From Candidatus Moanibacter sp. (GTDB lineage Bacteria > Verrucomicrobiota > Verrucomicrobiia > Opitutales > UBA2987): DNA of 64,000 nt. The DNA lies in the NCBI GenBank assembly GCA_965215885.1, contig CBDCEW010000104.1, positions 1-64,000 on the forward strand, written 5' to 3'. The stretch's first letter is position 1; each line of letters opens with the position of its first letter. The translations under genes were made by a program, and so were the position numbers. The notes beneath the pieces are model-generated. The model ran no database searches. It saw nothing but the letters and a program-made list of their open reading frames with translations, and was not told the DNA's origin. Of the stretch, positions 53,302 through 64,000 are shown in pieces.

Positions 53302-55101
53302 CTACAGCCGCGAAGCCATCAGGTCTCTCTCCAATGTCAGCTCTTCAGGCAAGCGGTCGGATAGTTTGCCGAAGAGCGTCTCGTGTTGATCGGCGAGCGA
53401 TCTGATGGCATCTGGATTGAAACCCATCAGTTCATCCCACTTTTCCCCGGTATACTGAAGTCCTCTCCAATCGATATCTTCGTAGCGGGGCAACCATCCG
53501 AGGGCTGATTCGTGAGCATGCACTTTTCCCTTTGTGCGTTCTACGATCCACATGAGAACACGCATATTTTCTCCATACCCGGGCCAAAGGAAGTCCCCGT
53601 TTCTGTCTTTCCGAAACCAGTTTACGTGGAAAATCATCGGGAGCTCTTCAAAGGAGCGTCCCATCTTTAGCCAATGCCGGAAATAGTCACCAACATTATA
53701 GCCGCAGAAAGGAAGCATGGCCATTGGATCGTGGCGCAGGGAACCGACCTTTCCCTCGGCCGCCGCCGTCATTTCCGAACCCATTGTAGCGCCAACATAT
53801 ACTCCATGAGTCCAGTTGAAGGACTGAAAAACGAGAGGTATGTCATTCATTCGGCGACCACCAAAAATAAACGCCCTTATCGGCACCCCATTGGGGTCCT
53901 CCCATGCCGGATCGATAGTTGGACATTGAGCCGCCGGCGCCGTGAAACGAGAGTTCGGATGAGCGGCAGGGTAATCGCAATCCGGAGTCCACTCTCCCCC
54001 CTTCCAATCGATGAGATGCTCGGGAGGTTCCTCAGTCATCTCCTCCCACCAGACATCGCCATCATCGGTCATCGCAACGTTCGTAAATATCGAATTACTT
54101 CGCAATGATTCCATCGCGTTCGGGTTTGTCCGGTATGATGTGCCCGGTGCCACACCGAAAAAACCGGCCTCGGGATTGATGGCATAAGGTAGACCGTCAC
54201 TCCCGGGCTTTATCCAGGCGATGTCATCGCCAATAGTGGATATACTCCAGCCATCGATCTCCTCGGGCGGAATGAGCATGGCAAAATTCGTCTTCCCACA
54301 GGCGCTGGGGAAAGCGGCCGCGACGTATGATTTTTCTCCATCAGGCGACTCTACTCCGAGGATAAGCATATGTTCCGCGAGCCACCCTTCATCGCGCGCC
54401 ATGCAGGAAGCGATGCGAAGAGCGAGGCACTTCTTACCCAACAGTGCGTTTCCTCCATATCCGCTCCCGTAGGAAAAAATCGAACGTTCCTCCGGAAAAT
54501 GAACGATGTATCGATTGTCAGGATCACAAGGCCATTTCACATTTTCCCGGCCAATTTCAAGCGGCGCACCCACTGAGTGCAGGCAGGGGACAAAGAAACC
54601 ATCCTCCCCAAGTGCGTCCAGCACCTTGCAGCCGATACGGGTCATGATACGCATACTTACCACAACATAGGGTGAATCCGAGACCTCGACACCGATCTGC
54701 GAAATTGAGGATCCAATCGGACCCATGCTGAAAGGAACGACATACATGGTGCGGCCACGCATACAACCGTCGAAAAGACGGTTGAGCGTCTCTTTCATCT
54801 CTACAGGATCCAACCAATTGTTGGTCGGTCCAGCATCCTCTTCTCTGACGCTGCATATGAAAGTCCTGTCTTCTACACGTGCGACGTCTCTCGGATCGGA
54901 ACGGCAAAGAAAGCTATTAGGGCGCTTTTCCGGGTTTAGCCTTATAAATGTCCCGCTTTCCTCCATGGACCGGCAGAGCTCATCATACTCCTCCTGCGAC
55001 CCATCACACCAATGTACTTTTTCGGGTTTGCACAGTTCTCGAAGCTCCTGAACCCATTTGAGAAGAGCCTTATGTCTGATATTCCCTGTCTGTTCTGCCA
55101 T
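53302..55101 (-). CDS. pckG: Phosphoenolpyruvate carboxykinase (GTP)
   Basis: [32 protein letters not shown] and AHPNSRF. Confidence 0.98.
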   Translation of the reverse strand: MAEQTGNIRHKALLKWVQELRELCKPEKVHWCDGSQEEYDELCRSMEESGTFIRLNPEKRPNSFLCRSDPRDVARVEDRTFICSVREEDAGPTNNWLDPVEMKETLNRLFDGCMRGRTMYVVPFSMGPIGSSISQIGVEVSDSPYVVVSMRIMTRIGCKVLDALGEDGFFVPCLHSVGAPLEIGRENVKWPCDPDNRYIVHFPEERSIFSYGSGYGGNALLGKKCLALRIASCMARDEGWLAEHMLILGVESPDGEKSYVAAAFPSACGKTNFAMLIPPEEIDGWSISTIGDDIAWIKPGSDGLPYAINPEAGFFGVAPGTSYRTNPNAMESLRSNSIFTNVAMTDDGDVWWEEMTEEPPEHLIDWKGGEWTPDCDYPAAHPNSRFTAPAAQCPTIDPAWEDPNGVPIRAFIFGGRRMNDIPLVFQSFNWTHGVYVGATMGSEMTAAAEGKVGSLRHDPMAMLPFCGYNVGDYFRHWLKMGRSFEELPMIFHVNWFRKDRNGDFLWPGYGENMRVLMWIVERTKGKVHAHESALGWLPRYEDIDWRGLQYTGEKWDELMGFNPDAIRSLADQHETLFGKLSDRLPEELTLERDLMASRL

Positions 55102-55302
55102 CTCTCAATAGTTTTTACATCTTCAATTTCTCAGTAAATCAGCACATCGTCGAACGATGAGCTGCTAAAGTCGCTCCTCCGCCTGTCGATGCCAGCTAAC
55201 CGCTCGGTGTTTCCCGAACCTCCCCGGTTTTGAGAAGCTTCGAGGACTATGGTGAGAAAAGTGGGCTAGGCAAGCGCAAATCGATTTGTTGTAATTTAGC
55301 CC

Positions 55303-56653
55303 CAGGGTAAAAGGATTCCAGGAAGCAACTAGCTGATAAGCAAGAAGATAAAAAAAGAGCTAAACAAACCCGAGGGAATCAGTCATGTTAAGATGGGATG
55401 AAAGACAAAAAATCTTACCAACTGAATCCTTCGATAGATCGTTTAACTCTGCGTCTGGTCCTGCCCGAAGAGCAGGAGCGATTCAATGATCTATTGAAAC
55501 AACATCATTATTTACACAGTGCGGGCAGCGCAGGAGAGACCCTGCGCTATGTGGCGCAGATCGACGGGCAATGGATGGGCCTGCTCTTGTGGGGGGCCGC
55601 ATCCTACCGGCTGAAGGATCGAGACGAATGGATCGGGTGGGACGGGGCGCAACGGCATGCACGATTGAAACTGGTAGTACAGAACCGGCGTTTTCTGATT
55701 TTGCCCTGGGTGGATCTTGCAAATTTGGCCTCCAAGACGTTGGGTATGTGCCTGAGAGTCTTAGCCGATCACTGGCAGGAGGCTTTTGGCTATCGTCCCT
55801 TAGTAGCGGAAACGTTCGTGGACCCACAGATTCACCGGGGCACTTGCTACGAAGCGAGCGGGTGGACGCCCTTGGGCTTGAGCGCGGGATATGGCCGCCA
55901 ACGCGAAGATTTCTATCAACGCCATGAGCGTCCCAAGCAGATCTGGGTCAAACCCCTCAAGGCTAATGCCCTTGAGCTTTTGCGCGCTTCAGGGCCATTG
56001 CCCGCGGCACAGAGCCAGGCGCTCAATGAAACCGATAACTCCCATGCGGTCTGCCTCAAAGTGGAACAGATGAGCAGCCTGTGGGAACGCTTCAATCAGA
56101 TAGAAGACTTCCGTCGTAAAGCGGGCCTTAGATATCGGCTCGCCACGGTCCTGAGCATGATTGTGCTCGGCACGATGTGCGGCAAACAGACCCTCAAGGG
56201 CATCGTGCGCCTGGCCCATCATCTCAATCAAGCCCAATTGCGCGCCTTACGCTCCTGGAAAAACCCCAAAACAGGCCGCTATAAGGCCCCTTGCTATGAT
56301 GTCTTCTATCGGGTCTTGCAAAACGTAAAGGCCGAGCTCTTCGATAAAACCCTCACCGAATTCATCTGCTTACAAGACGGCTGTTTGCCCCGCGATATTG
56401 CCGTCGACGGCAAGACCCTCAAAGGCACAAACACCGAAGAATCAAAGGCTCTGCACCTGGTGGCCGCAGTCGATCACCAAAGCGCTCAAACCTTAGCCCA
56501 AGTCGCTACCGCCGATAAATCCAACGAGATCACCGCCGCCCAGACTCTCTTGCGAAAGATGCCCATTTTGGACGGCTCCACCTTCACCTTCGACGCCATG
56601 CATAATCAAAAAGAAACTGCCCACATCGTCGTCGAAGAACTCAGTGCTGACTA
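55303..56653 (+). mobile_element. DUF4338-ISAs1 element, copy 2, truncated by the IS5/ISNCY-like element (CDS 55398-56654)
   Basis: Reverse complement of 10839-12190 apart from one G; starts CAGGGTAAAAGGATTC; stops at ...GCTGACTA. Confidence 0.93.
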
Positions 56654-58570
56654 GACCTTATCCGAAAAGCTACTGATTGGCCGCAAAGAGGCGCAAAAGG
56701 CGCAAGAAAAACTTGAGAAAAATCATTTTTTGGCTTGATAAAAAGTGTCGCAACATGCTAGTGTTTAACAACCTAAGATTAAGAAAGGAGTTAAACATGC
56801 CAACATGTGCGACAGAGGAGAACAAAAGCGATAAGACGCCCCTTAGCAACCTCATTCTGCCGGTTCCAGACACGGATTTCCGTGATTTTCTGGATGAAGT
56901 TGAAGAATTGGCCGGGTTCGCGGCGCAAATCATCGAGGCGATCGAGAAGGATCTGGACGCCCATGCGCGTGAGAAGAAGAAACTTCGATTGGAAGATCGC
57001 AGGTTCTTTGAAGGGCGCACAGCGGAGCTGCCGGAGCTGGACATCGAGGAGGAGAATATTCTGGCTGCTGAATTGAATCTTGGGGCAGGCCGGCCGCGGA
57101 TGCCGGCTTATGCGGTATACGTGTTCGTGATGCTTCGAGGGTTTCTGGGTTCGTTGACCACGAAACCGGCACGGCGGTTTGTGCGCGAGTCGATGAGCTT
57201 GTACGGATTTTTGCAGAGCGGGGGACTGAGAATGCCGGCGGTGACGACGATTCTGGAGAACGTGAACCTGGTCAGCCATACGACCCGCGAGTTGATCTTT
57301 GATAAACAGATTGGGTTTATCCTCCAGGAGCAATGGGACGATTTCGGGAAGCTGACGATCGACAGCACCTCGGTGAAAGCAAACAGCTGCTGGCCCACCG
57401 ATGGGAAGATTCTGAGCGGTCTTTTGATGCGGGCCAATCGTTTGGGTCAGAAGTTGCATGTCTTCGGGCTGGAGGATTTTCGCAAGGGATGGGTTGGGCG
57501 TTGGCTGGAGGAAATGGACAAGCTGGAGTTTCAGATTTGTCTGGCCGCGGGCAAACCGAAGTCGAAGGGCAAGCTGAAGAAACACTACCGGCGGTTGCTC
57601 AAGCGGGGCCGCAAGGCGGCCGACTCACTAACGGGGGAACTGAGCCATCTTGAAGAGGGCCTGTCGATGGATTCACTGCCTCCCACTCGCCGGGAGCTTC
57701 TGGAGCGGGCATTGAGCCAGATCAGGGGCGATATTGCCGACGCCAAGCGGGTTGTTGAGTATGCTCATGATCGGGTGTTTCACGAAAAGAAGCTACCGTC
57801 CACACAGAAGGTCCTGAGCCTCTCGGACGGATCGGCGGCCTACATCAAGAAGGGCAGCCGCAATCCAGTGATCGGGTACAAGCCACAACTGGTTCGCAGC
57901 GAAAACGGTTTTGTCACCAGCCTGATCGTACCGCAAGGCAACGCGGCAGACTCCATTGAGCTGGCGCCGGCCATCGGCGATTCGATCAAGCGCACCGGTG
58001 TCATTGCTGAACTGGTCAGCACCGATGACGGATATGCTTCGGCGAAGGGACGCAAGGAGGTGCTGAGCATGGGGGTAAAGCAGATCAGTATCAGTGGGGC
58101 GAAGGGCAAGAAGTTGACCACCCCCGAGGACTGGGAGAGCGAGGCGTATCGCGAGGCACGCCGCGATCGCTCCGCAGTGGAGTCGCTGATGTTCACGATT
58201 AAAGATGGATTTGCCTTTGGCGAACTCGGCCGCCGCGGCATCGATGCGGTAGGCGATGAACTGCTCGAGAAGGTTCTGGCCTACAACTTCTGCCGCATCA
58301 TACTGATGAAGAAACGACGACGGGAGGAACTGGAACAGGCGGCCTGAATCTGACCGCTTTGCAGCTCGGAGAAAAAAGCACCACGGGATGAGTATGCCTC
58401 CAAACAGCGGCAAATATGCGTATTGTGCAGCAAGCCACGCCGATGGCCGCTCAATACCTGCTCATCGGCAGCGTCGGCAGCCTGAAACCCGACGCCTGCC
58501 AGCCATAGGCTGGTCCGCCTGTGGCGGAAAACCTGAAACCGTCCGCTCGAAAGGCTTTTCGAATGGGGTC
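56654..58570 (+). mobile_element. IS5/ISNCY-like insertion sequence, copy 2, complete
   Basis: TIR GACCTTATCCGAAAAGC / (rc) GACCCCATTCGAAAAGC; TA on both flanks. Confidence 0.92.
56797..58347 (+). CDS. DDE transposase (IS5/ISNCY-like)
   Basis: GRP, TIDSTSV.AN..WPTD, IGYK, GNAAD, STDDGY and RSAVES; AAGGAG RBS before ATG 56797. Confidence 0.88.
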   Translation: MPTCATEENKSDKTPLSNLILPVPDTDFRDFLDEVEELAGFAAQIIEAIEKDLDAHAREKKKLRLEDRRFFEGRTAELPELDIEEENILAAELNLGAGRPRMPAYAVYVFVMLRGFLGSLTTKPARRFVRESMSLYGFLQSGGLRMPAVTTILENVNLVSHTTRELIFDKQIGFILQEQWDDFGKLTIDSTSVKANSCWPTDGKILSGLLMRANRLGQKLHVFGLEDFRKGWVGRWLEEMDKLEFQICLAAGKPKSKGKLKKHYRRLLKRGRKAADSLTGELSHLEEGLSMDSLPPTRRELLERALSQIRGDIADAKRVVEYAHDRVFHEKKLPSTQKVLSLSDGSAAYIKKGSRNPVIGYKPQLVRSENGFVTSLIVPQGNAADSIELAPAIGDSIKRTGVIAELVSTDDGYASAKGRKEVLSMGVKQISISGAKGKKLTTPEDWESEAYREARRDRSAVESLMFTIKDGFAFGELGRRGIDAVGDELLEKVLAYNFCRIILMKKRRREELEQAA

Positions 58571-58651
58571 TAGGTTTGTCCTGTAGAAGGATAATTGGAT
58601 AAATTATAATGTGAATTGACAATATATCCAGTTGTTTCGTAAGAAAACCTC

Positions 58652-59833
58652 ATGCTCCCGCGAGAAGTATCTGACATAATTACCAAAGACAGTAGGCAAT
58701 ATAGGGTTATCGGATTGATAGGTCCCCGCCAATCGGGGAAAACGACATTGGCAAAGGCCCTCTTTCCAGACAAACGCTATCTCAATCTCGAAGACCCGGA
58801 ACAGCGGGCATTTGCAGTGGAGGATCCCAAGAGCTTTCTGTCGGATCGGAGCAGGGGACTCATTATCGATGAGTTTCAGCGTGTGCCGGATCTGCTATCT
58901 TATATTCAGACGATTTCGGATGAGGAAAAAGTCCCCGGACAGTTTATTCTGACCGGTTCCGAAAATTTCCTGATGATGGAACAGATCTCTCAATCCCTCG
59001 CCGGCAGAATCAGCCTTTTTACCCTCATGCCTCTTTCAATGGCGGAATTGTTCAAAGAGGAAGATAACATTCCACAGCTTAATGAAGTGCTGTTCAGGGG
59101 ATTTTTTCCACGGCTGTAATCGGAATCCATGGACCCGAAACGGTACTATCAGAATTATGTAAAGACCTATCTTGAACGGGATGTGAGGCAGCTGAAGAAC
59201 ATCGGCGACCTTACCCTCTTTAGGAATTTCCTAATGATGTGCGCGGGACGGACCGGTCAGCTGATGAACTACTCCTCTTTGGGAAATGATCTAGGGATAA
59301 CCCATAATACAGTAAAGTCATGGCTGACAGTATTAGAGACGAGCAACATCGTATATTTGCTGAGGCCCTTCTACGAAAATTTCGGCAAACAGATCGTCAA
59401 ATCTCCGAAGATCTATTTTTGCGATACTGGATTGCTTTGCTTTCTATTGAGTATTGAAAGGCCTGATTCCATTTCCTACCACTATCTTAAAGGTGGTATC
59501 TTTGAAAACTTCATCATTGGCGAATTTCTAAAACAAAGATACAATCAGGGCTTGGACGGAAATCTCTACTTCTGGCGGGACAAGCTGGGGAGGGAGGTCG
59601 ATCTTCTTTTGGATGAGGGACAGTCTCGAATAATTATCGAGATAAAGTCCGGACGAACCATTTCGGGGGATTTTTTCAACTCACTCGACTATTATGGATC
59701 GCTGGATCATGAATGTCCGCCGAGAAATCGGTACCTGGTATACGGTGGGGAAGAAAAACAGAACAGGTCCAGAGGTAAAGTTCGTGGCTGGAAAGACTTT
59801 GTTGATATTCATGGCAACCGTGAAACAGCATGA
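58652..59833 (+). pseudogene. AAA_14/DUF4143 ATP-binding protein with in-frame TAA
   Basis: GPRQSGKTT, IDEFQ, LTGS, SLAGR, YLERDV, KSPKIYFCDTG, FEN and EVD...EIK; both ORFs in one frame, TAA at 59117-59119. Confidence 0.88.
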
Positions 59834-59851
59834 ACTTTTGTTGGTGCTAAT

Positions 59852-59932
59852 AGAAGATCGACGGGAGATCACGATTGAGAATCTCGATGGAAGATGGGAA
59901 ATCTGATCAATCTTCCGTTGTGAATCATAATC
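59852..59932. repeat. Repeat family C copy
   Basis: GAAGATCGAC.GGAGATCACGATTG.GAATC.CGATGGAAGATGGGAAATCTGATCAATCT shared with 61710-61770. Confidence 0.8.
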
Positions 59933-60037
59933 CATTCGGCAAGCTCCCGCCTTCGTCCCGACGAGCGGGACTTCGGCGAGGCAGAGCGGGGTAGGGCACC
60001 GGGAGGCGATTAAGTAGCGATATAACTGCCAATTTCA

Positions 60038-60652
60038 TCACGAAAGCGCCAGTAGCGGTCCCAGCCGTTCACGGACGGTATCCAAGGTGGCCCAACCGCG
60101 TACGATCGAGTGAGTTCCTCCATTTGACTCGAGTATCAAACTGGGGAATTCGCGCACTCCGAGCTCACGGCGCCGGGCAAAGTCCTTTTGCAGCAGCTCC
60201 TCCACACGCGGTGACACCAGATCCCCCGCGAACCGGTCTGGGTCGAGTCCAAGCTCGCCGGACAGGGCAAAGTGGGTGCCCGCATCGGGCGGGTTTCTCG
60301 CCTCCATGTAATAGGCGCGCTGCAGTGCCGCAAACATCTCCGGAAGAACTCCCTGCAATCCACCCGCGAGAGCCGCGCGGCAAGCCGGATAGGTAGACCG
60401 GCGGGGTTGACACTTCTCCCAAAACTCCCAGTTGAAGCGTGCGCCGGTAGTGGCAGACACCTCCCGCCAGGCGTTTCGCACATAACTCCGAACTTCCTCA
60501 GGCATCGGTTCATCAGAATCCCGCGCGAGACCGCCCATGACGTATCTGAGATTCACATTTTGGGGCAGTTCTCCCGCTACCTCCTCCAGCACCGGCGCAA
60601 ATCCCCAACACCAGGAACACATCGGATCGGCAATGTAATAGAGGGTGGGCAT
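60038..60652 (-). CDS. DsbA-family protein (thioredoxin fold)
   Basis: YIADPMCSWCWGF CxxC, MGGL and GVREFPSL; probable ATG at 60652. Confidence 0.9.
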   Translation of the reverse strand: MPTLYYIADPMCSWCWGFAPVLEEVAGELPQNVNLRYVMGGLARDSDEPMPEEVRSYVRNAWREVSATTGARFNWEFWEKCQPRRSTYPACRAALAGGLQGVLPEMFAALQRAYYMEARNPPDAGTHFALSGELGLDPDRFAGDLVSPRVEELLQKDFARRRELGVREFPSLILESNGGTHSIVRGWATLDTVRERLGPLLALS

Positions 60653-60851
60653 GATCTCTTTTTCAGGCAGACTTACAAACACCAGTTTGTTGACCCGAAA
60701 CTTGAATGTCCATGCCCTTCGTCCCCCCCCCCCCCCCCCCCCCCCAGCGGGGCGCTTTCCATTTTGATTCTGCTGAGTCAGTCCCGCTGAGCGGGATCGA
60801 AATCTCTCCGGCAGGAGTGAGGCGCAGTGCGTTCGTTCAATAAAGCATTTG

Positions 60852-60886
60852 TTGACAAAAGGCACACAATGCCGATCTTATAGGCA
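60852..60886 (+). promoter_or_regulatory. Candidate promoter/operator of the toxin-antitoxin pair
   Basis: TTGACA at 60852 followed by short GGCA/TGCC inverted repeats; -10 element weak. Confidence 0.3.
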
Positions 60887-61167
60887 TGTTTGATTGGGCG
60901 GACGAAAAAAATGCTCAACTTCGGCAGGAAAGGGGAATCGGTTTTCAGGAAATTATCTTTCACATTGAGCAGGGTGATGTGCTGGCAGTCAGCGAACACC
61001 CCAACAAAGAGAAGTTTCCTGAGCAGAAGATCATTTACGTCCGAATCGAAGACTATGTTTATATGGTTCCATTCGTGGAATCGGAGGAAGGAAAGTTTCT
61101 GAAGACGATCATTCCGAGCCGGAAAGCGACAAAGAAGTTTTTAGGAGGTAAAAGTGATGAAACTTGA
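60886..61167 (+). CDS. BrnT-like type II toxin
   Basis: FDW..EKN..L..ERGIGF, HPN..KFP.Q, YMVPFV and FLKTIIPSRK. Confidence 0.82.
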   Translation: MFDWADEKNAQLRQERGIGFQEIIFHIEQGDVLAVSEHPNKEKFPEQKIIYVRIEDYVYMVPFVESEEGKFLKTIIPSRKATKKFLGGKSDET

Positions 61168-61426
61168 TGAATATGAAAAAGAGTTGGTTTCTCGCGAGGA
61201 TGAGATTCTGGAAAGGGCACGTCCACCGAGTAAGGAATTGCTTGCGGAGCTGAGTCGTGCTGCCCGTGAGACAATTGCCAAGGATAAGCGGATAAACATT
61301 AGAATATCCTCAAGGGATCTAACCGCTTTGAAGCGTAGGGCAAATAGGTATGGCATGCCCTACCAGACGTTGATTTCGAGCGTACTACACCGGTATGTGT
61401 CGGGCGACCTGACAGAAACAGAATGA
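61154..61426 (+). CDS. Antitoxin (BrnA/CopG-like ribbon-helix-helix)
   Basis: KDKRINIRIS..DL..LK..A...GMPYQTLISSVLH; overlaps toxin stop. Confidence 0.82.
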   Translation: MMKLDEYEKELVSREDEILERARPPSKELLAELSRAARETIAKDKRINIRISSRDLTALKRRANRYGMPYQTLISSVLHRYVSGDLTETE

Positions 61427-61550
61427 AGGATTCTCCTCCCTTCTCTTGTCCAGCTATTTGACATCCGAAACCCGACACCTGGGAAGAGGGGATCGAAGAG
61501 ACACGGAGACACGAGGATCCGGAGACAGGGGAGATAAGAAGAGCCCATGG

Positions 61551-61808
61551 ATCTTCTGTCGTGACTCACAATCTCGTATCAGGTTATCTAAAGTCGAAAG
61601 AAGAGAAGATCGACAGGAGATTACGATTAAGAATCACGATGGGAGAGGGGGGCACCCTGATCAGTCTCTCTTTTCGTGAATCATAATCGTTATCTAAAGT
61701 CGAAGGGAGGAAGATCGACAGGAGATCACGATTGGGAATCACGATGGAAGATGGGAAATCTGATCAATCTCTTCTGTCGCGAATCTTAGTCGTGATCTGA
61801 AGTCGAAG
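61551..61808. repeat. Repeat family C, about 2.3 tandem ~110-bp units
   Basis: GTTATCTAAAGTCGAA...GAAGATCGACAGGAGATYACGATT occurs twice; a third unit is partial. Confidence 0.82.
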
Positions 61809-61920
61809 TATACGACGCGGTATGCGACTGATGAGGTTCATAGTTTGGAGTTGCGCCGATAGCAGTCGAAACCATGCTCCCTATCAGCATCCGATTCGAT
61901 AATTCAGTTGGGGAAATAAA

Positions 61921-62712
61921 ATGACACCAGAAACGGCACGAACAACACGAGCACAGATGTTGCGCGACGGATATTGTGTAATTCCGGATATTTTGAGCGA
62001 AGACTTCCTGGAGGAACTTCGGTGCGAAACAGACCGGTTAAACGATACGATGGAACACCATCCGGACACCAAATATCAAGGGACGCACCTCAGCATCAAA
62101 TTTGAGGAGAACTCATTCATGCGGCGGTTGTCGGGGTGCCAGCCTGCGCGACAGGCTCTGGAGGAGCTTGGCTTTGGCGATTTCAAACGCGGTGGCGGGG
62201 TGATCATCCTGACTAAAGAGCCGAATGCACCCGCTCTTTACTGGCATCAGGACTGGATGCGATGGAACGACCCGCTCAGTTGTACCCCATGGCCGCAGAC
62301 GATATTTCTGTCCTACTACCTCGAAGAAACTGGAATTGAGAACGGATGTTTAAGGGTTATTCCAGGCACCCATCTGAAACGGATTCCGCTACATGACAGA
62401 ATGGTTACGGCCCATGAACAGGGCGCCCGGTTTATCGATGAAAAACATCCCATTATGTTCAGCGATCATCCTGACCAAGTAAACGTATTCTCAAATCCCG
62501 GGGACCTGGTTATTGCGGATGCGCGCGTCTTGCACGCGGCCTACAAGAATCAGACGGGCGAGCGCCGAAATCTGATTTTGCTTTGGCACAATCGGCCTGA
62601 GGGCGTGCCGGATTACTGGGAGGAAGAGGTTCCTTCAGTGATCAGGGAACAGGATCCGGAAGCAACCTACGAAGGCACCCGGATTCCCGGTGGATATTTA
62701 GTAGGTTGCTGA
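61921..62712 (+). CDS. Phytanoyl-CoA dioxygenase-family Fe(II)/2OG oxygenase
   Basis: DGYCVI, WHQD, NGCLRVIPGTH and PGD.....RVLH...R. Confidence 0.9.
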   Translation: MTPETARTTRAQMLRDGYCVIPDILSEDFLEELRCETDRLNDTMEHHPDTKYQGTHLSIKFEENSFMRRLSGCQPARQALEELGFGDFKRGGGVIILTKEPNAPALYWHQDWMRWNDPLSCTPWPQTIFLSYYLEETGIENGCLRVIPGTHLKRIPLHDRMVTAHEQGARFIDEKHPIMFSDHPDQVNVFSNPGDLVIADARVLHAAYKNQTGERRNLILLWHNRPEGVPDYWEEEVPSVIREQDPEATYEGTRIPGGYLVGC

Positions 62713-63032
62713 GGTCGGAAGACAAGTGACGGAGGTCAGAAGTCGGAGGTCAGAGGACAGAAAAAAGAAGGAAGAGGTCAGAAGTCGGAGACACGCTGCC
62801 GAACCGCCGAAAGGATTGAGAACCAAAAAAGGGAACGGGGATTGAAGTGACACTGCCGGCCTGTCGAAAAGGAGACGCGGATATACGTGGACTGGGAGAT
62901 CGATAAACTGATTGATCTTCCCTCGTGCACCATAGTGTCTGCAGAGTACCGGAATGCAACTGATGGAGAAGAGCGTTACATTTTCCGAAAAAACTTTAAT
63001 CTGGAGATCCGACTATTGGTAAGAGATCTGAG

Positions 63033-63998
63033 ATGTATCGAGTAGCTAAGCCGAAAGGAATAGGAAACATTGTCGTGGAGGAGGTTGCCGTCCCTGAGGT
63101 CGCTGCGACGGAAGTGCTGATCCGGGCGGAAACCTCATTGATCAGCCGTGGATCCGAGATTTGGCGGCGCTACGTGCATGAAGAAGCGATCGATCCGCAG
63201 ATCATGGGTTACTCGATGGTGGGTTCTATTGTTGAAGTCGGATCCAAGGTCGATGGCTTCTCTCCCGGCCAGCGAGTGGCCGCGCTGGCTCCACATGCCG
63301 AGTATGTCGCGGTCGAAATTTTCGATTCCGACCATCCGCCGACAGTGGTCGCCCTGCCCGACGAGGTTACATCAGAATCCGCAACCTTCTGGCCACTGGC
63401 GACAAGCTCGATCATGTGGATGGAAGCACTTGAAGCGACGGCAGACGAGACAATCGCGATCATCGGTCAGGGTCTGGTGGGCAGTGGCTGTCTGCAGGCA
63501 TTGAAAGCGGATGTCGGCTGCCGGGTGATCGCAGTCGACGGAATAGCCGACCGATGCCGTCTCGCCCTGAAGTTGGGTGCCGACGACGTCGTGGATGTAT
63601 CGAAAGAAGACCCGGCCGATGCTGTCTGTCGACTTACCGGGGAAAGAGGCGCAGATGCGCTGGTCTATGCCGTGGGCGGCCGATCGGGTCCTCGTGCCTT
63701 TGAACAGGCCCAGGAAATCGTCCGACCCGGTGGTTTGCTCCAGGTGATCGGCCTCTACGAAGACGGACCTCTGCCACTCAGCTCATCCAACATCCAGGGT
63801 AAGAGGCTGATTGGCGGATTCCCTCACGGGACTTCCCGTCACGATGCCTCCGATAGGGCTATTCGCTACTTGGGCGAAGGTGAATTTCGTGTCGCCGACA
63901 TGATTTCTCATCGTTTTCCCTTCCAACAGGCACCGGAGGCCTACGACTTGCTCTACAATCGACTCCACGAAGCGATGGGAGTTCTGTTACAGTGGTGA
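63033..63998 (+). CDS. MDR-family (zinc-binding-type) dehydrogenase
   Basis: SLISRGSE, GYSMVG, GQGLVG NAD motif and ISHRFP. Confidence 0.88.
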   Translation: MYRVAKPKGIGNIVVEEVAVPEVAATEVLIRAETSLISRGSEIWRRYVHEEAIDPQIMGYSMVGSIVEVGSKVDGFSPGQRVAALAPHAEYVAVEIFDSDHPPTVVALPDEVTSESATFWPLATSSIMWMEALEATADETIAIIGQGLVGSGCLQALKADVGCRVIAVDGIADRCRLALKLGADDVVDVSKEDPADAVCRLTGERGADALVYAVGGRSGPRAFEQAQEIVRPGGLLQVIGLYEDGPLPLSSSNIQGKRLIGGFPHGTSRHDASDRAIRYLGEGEFRVADMISHRFPFQQAPEAYDLLYNRLHEAMGVLLQW

Positions 63999-64000
63999 TG

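Noticed and set aside
53262..55300. SAM/SAH riboswitch ahead of metK-ahcY
   Set aside because: Only 40 bp separate pckG and metK; no recognisable aptamer upstream of pckG by eye (an Rfam scan would be decisive)
55398..56000. Druantia defence system
   Set aside because: The DruA-like domain is inside an IS; no DruE helicase or other dru genes are present
60653..60865. N-terminal poly-Gly extension of the DsbA protein
   Set aside because: Arises from reading through the poly-C tract; family similarity begins at MPTLYYIADP

Overview
Chromosomal window from a bacterium; a Verrucomicrobiota (Opitutales-like) origin is my inference from gene content and protein style. The housekeeping backbone comprises lepA-lepB, a PilT-like ATPase, dapA-dapB, ruvA, an ECF sigma/anti-sigma pair, tRNA-Lys, pal, gap/pgk/tpiA, a GH13 debranching enzyme, mnmA, a PilB/GspE ATPase, obgE and pckG-metK-ahcY. 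Nine complete or partial insertion sequences cover roughly 14 kb: 2 IS5/ISNCY-like, 2 IS4, 2 DUF4338-ISAs1, 2 IS1380 and 1 IS66. ISs disrupt malQ, a Uma2 nuclease, an FMN reductase and a serine hydrolase; an S9 peptidase and an AAA ATPase carry other lesions. The intergenic DNA holds many small non-autonomous elements: GTAG-type REP doublets; ~245-bp fold-back MITEs with GTAC ends and 8-bp target repeats; TIR-less elements that appear to insert inside another repeat family; mini-elements overlapping stop codons; and a hairpin array around a tandem four-helix-bundle gene. No CRISPR array, rRNA, prophage or reverse transcriptase was seen. Many single-base frameshifts lie in homopolymers and may be sequencing errors.
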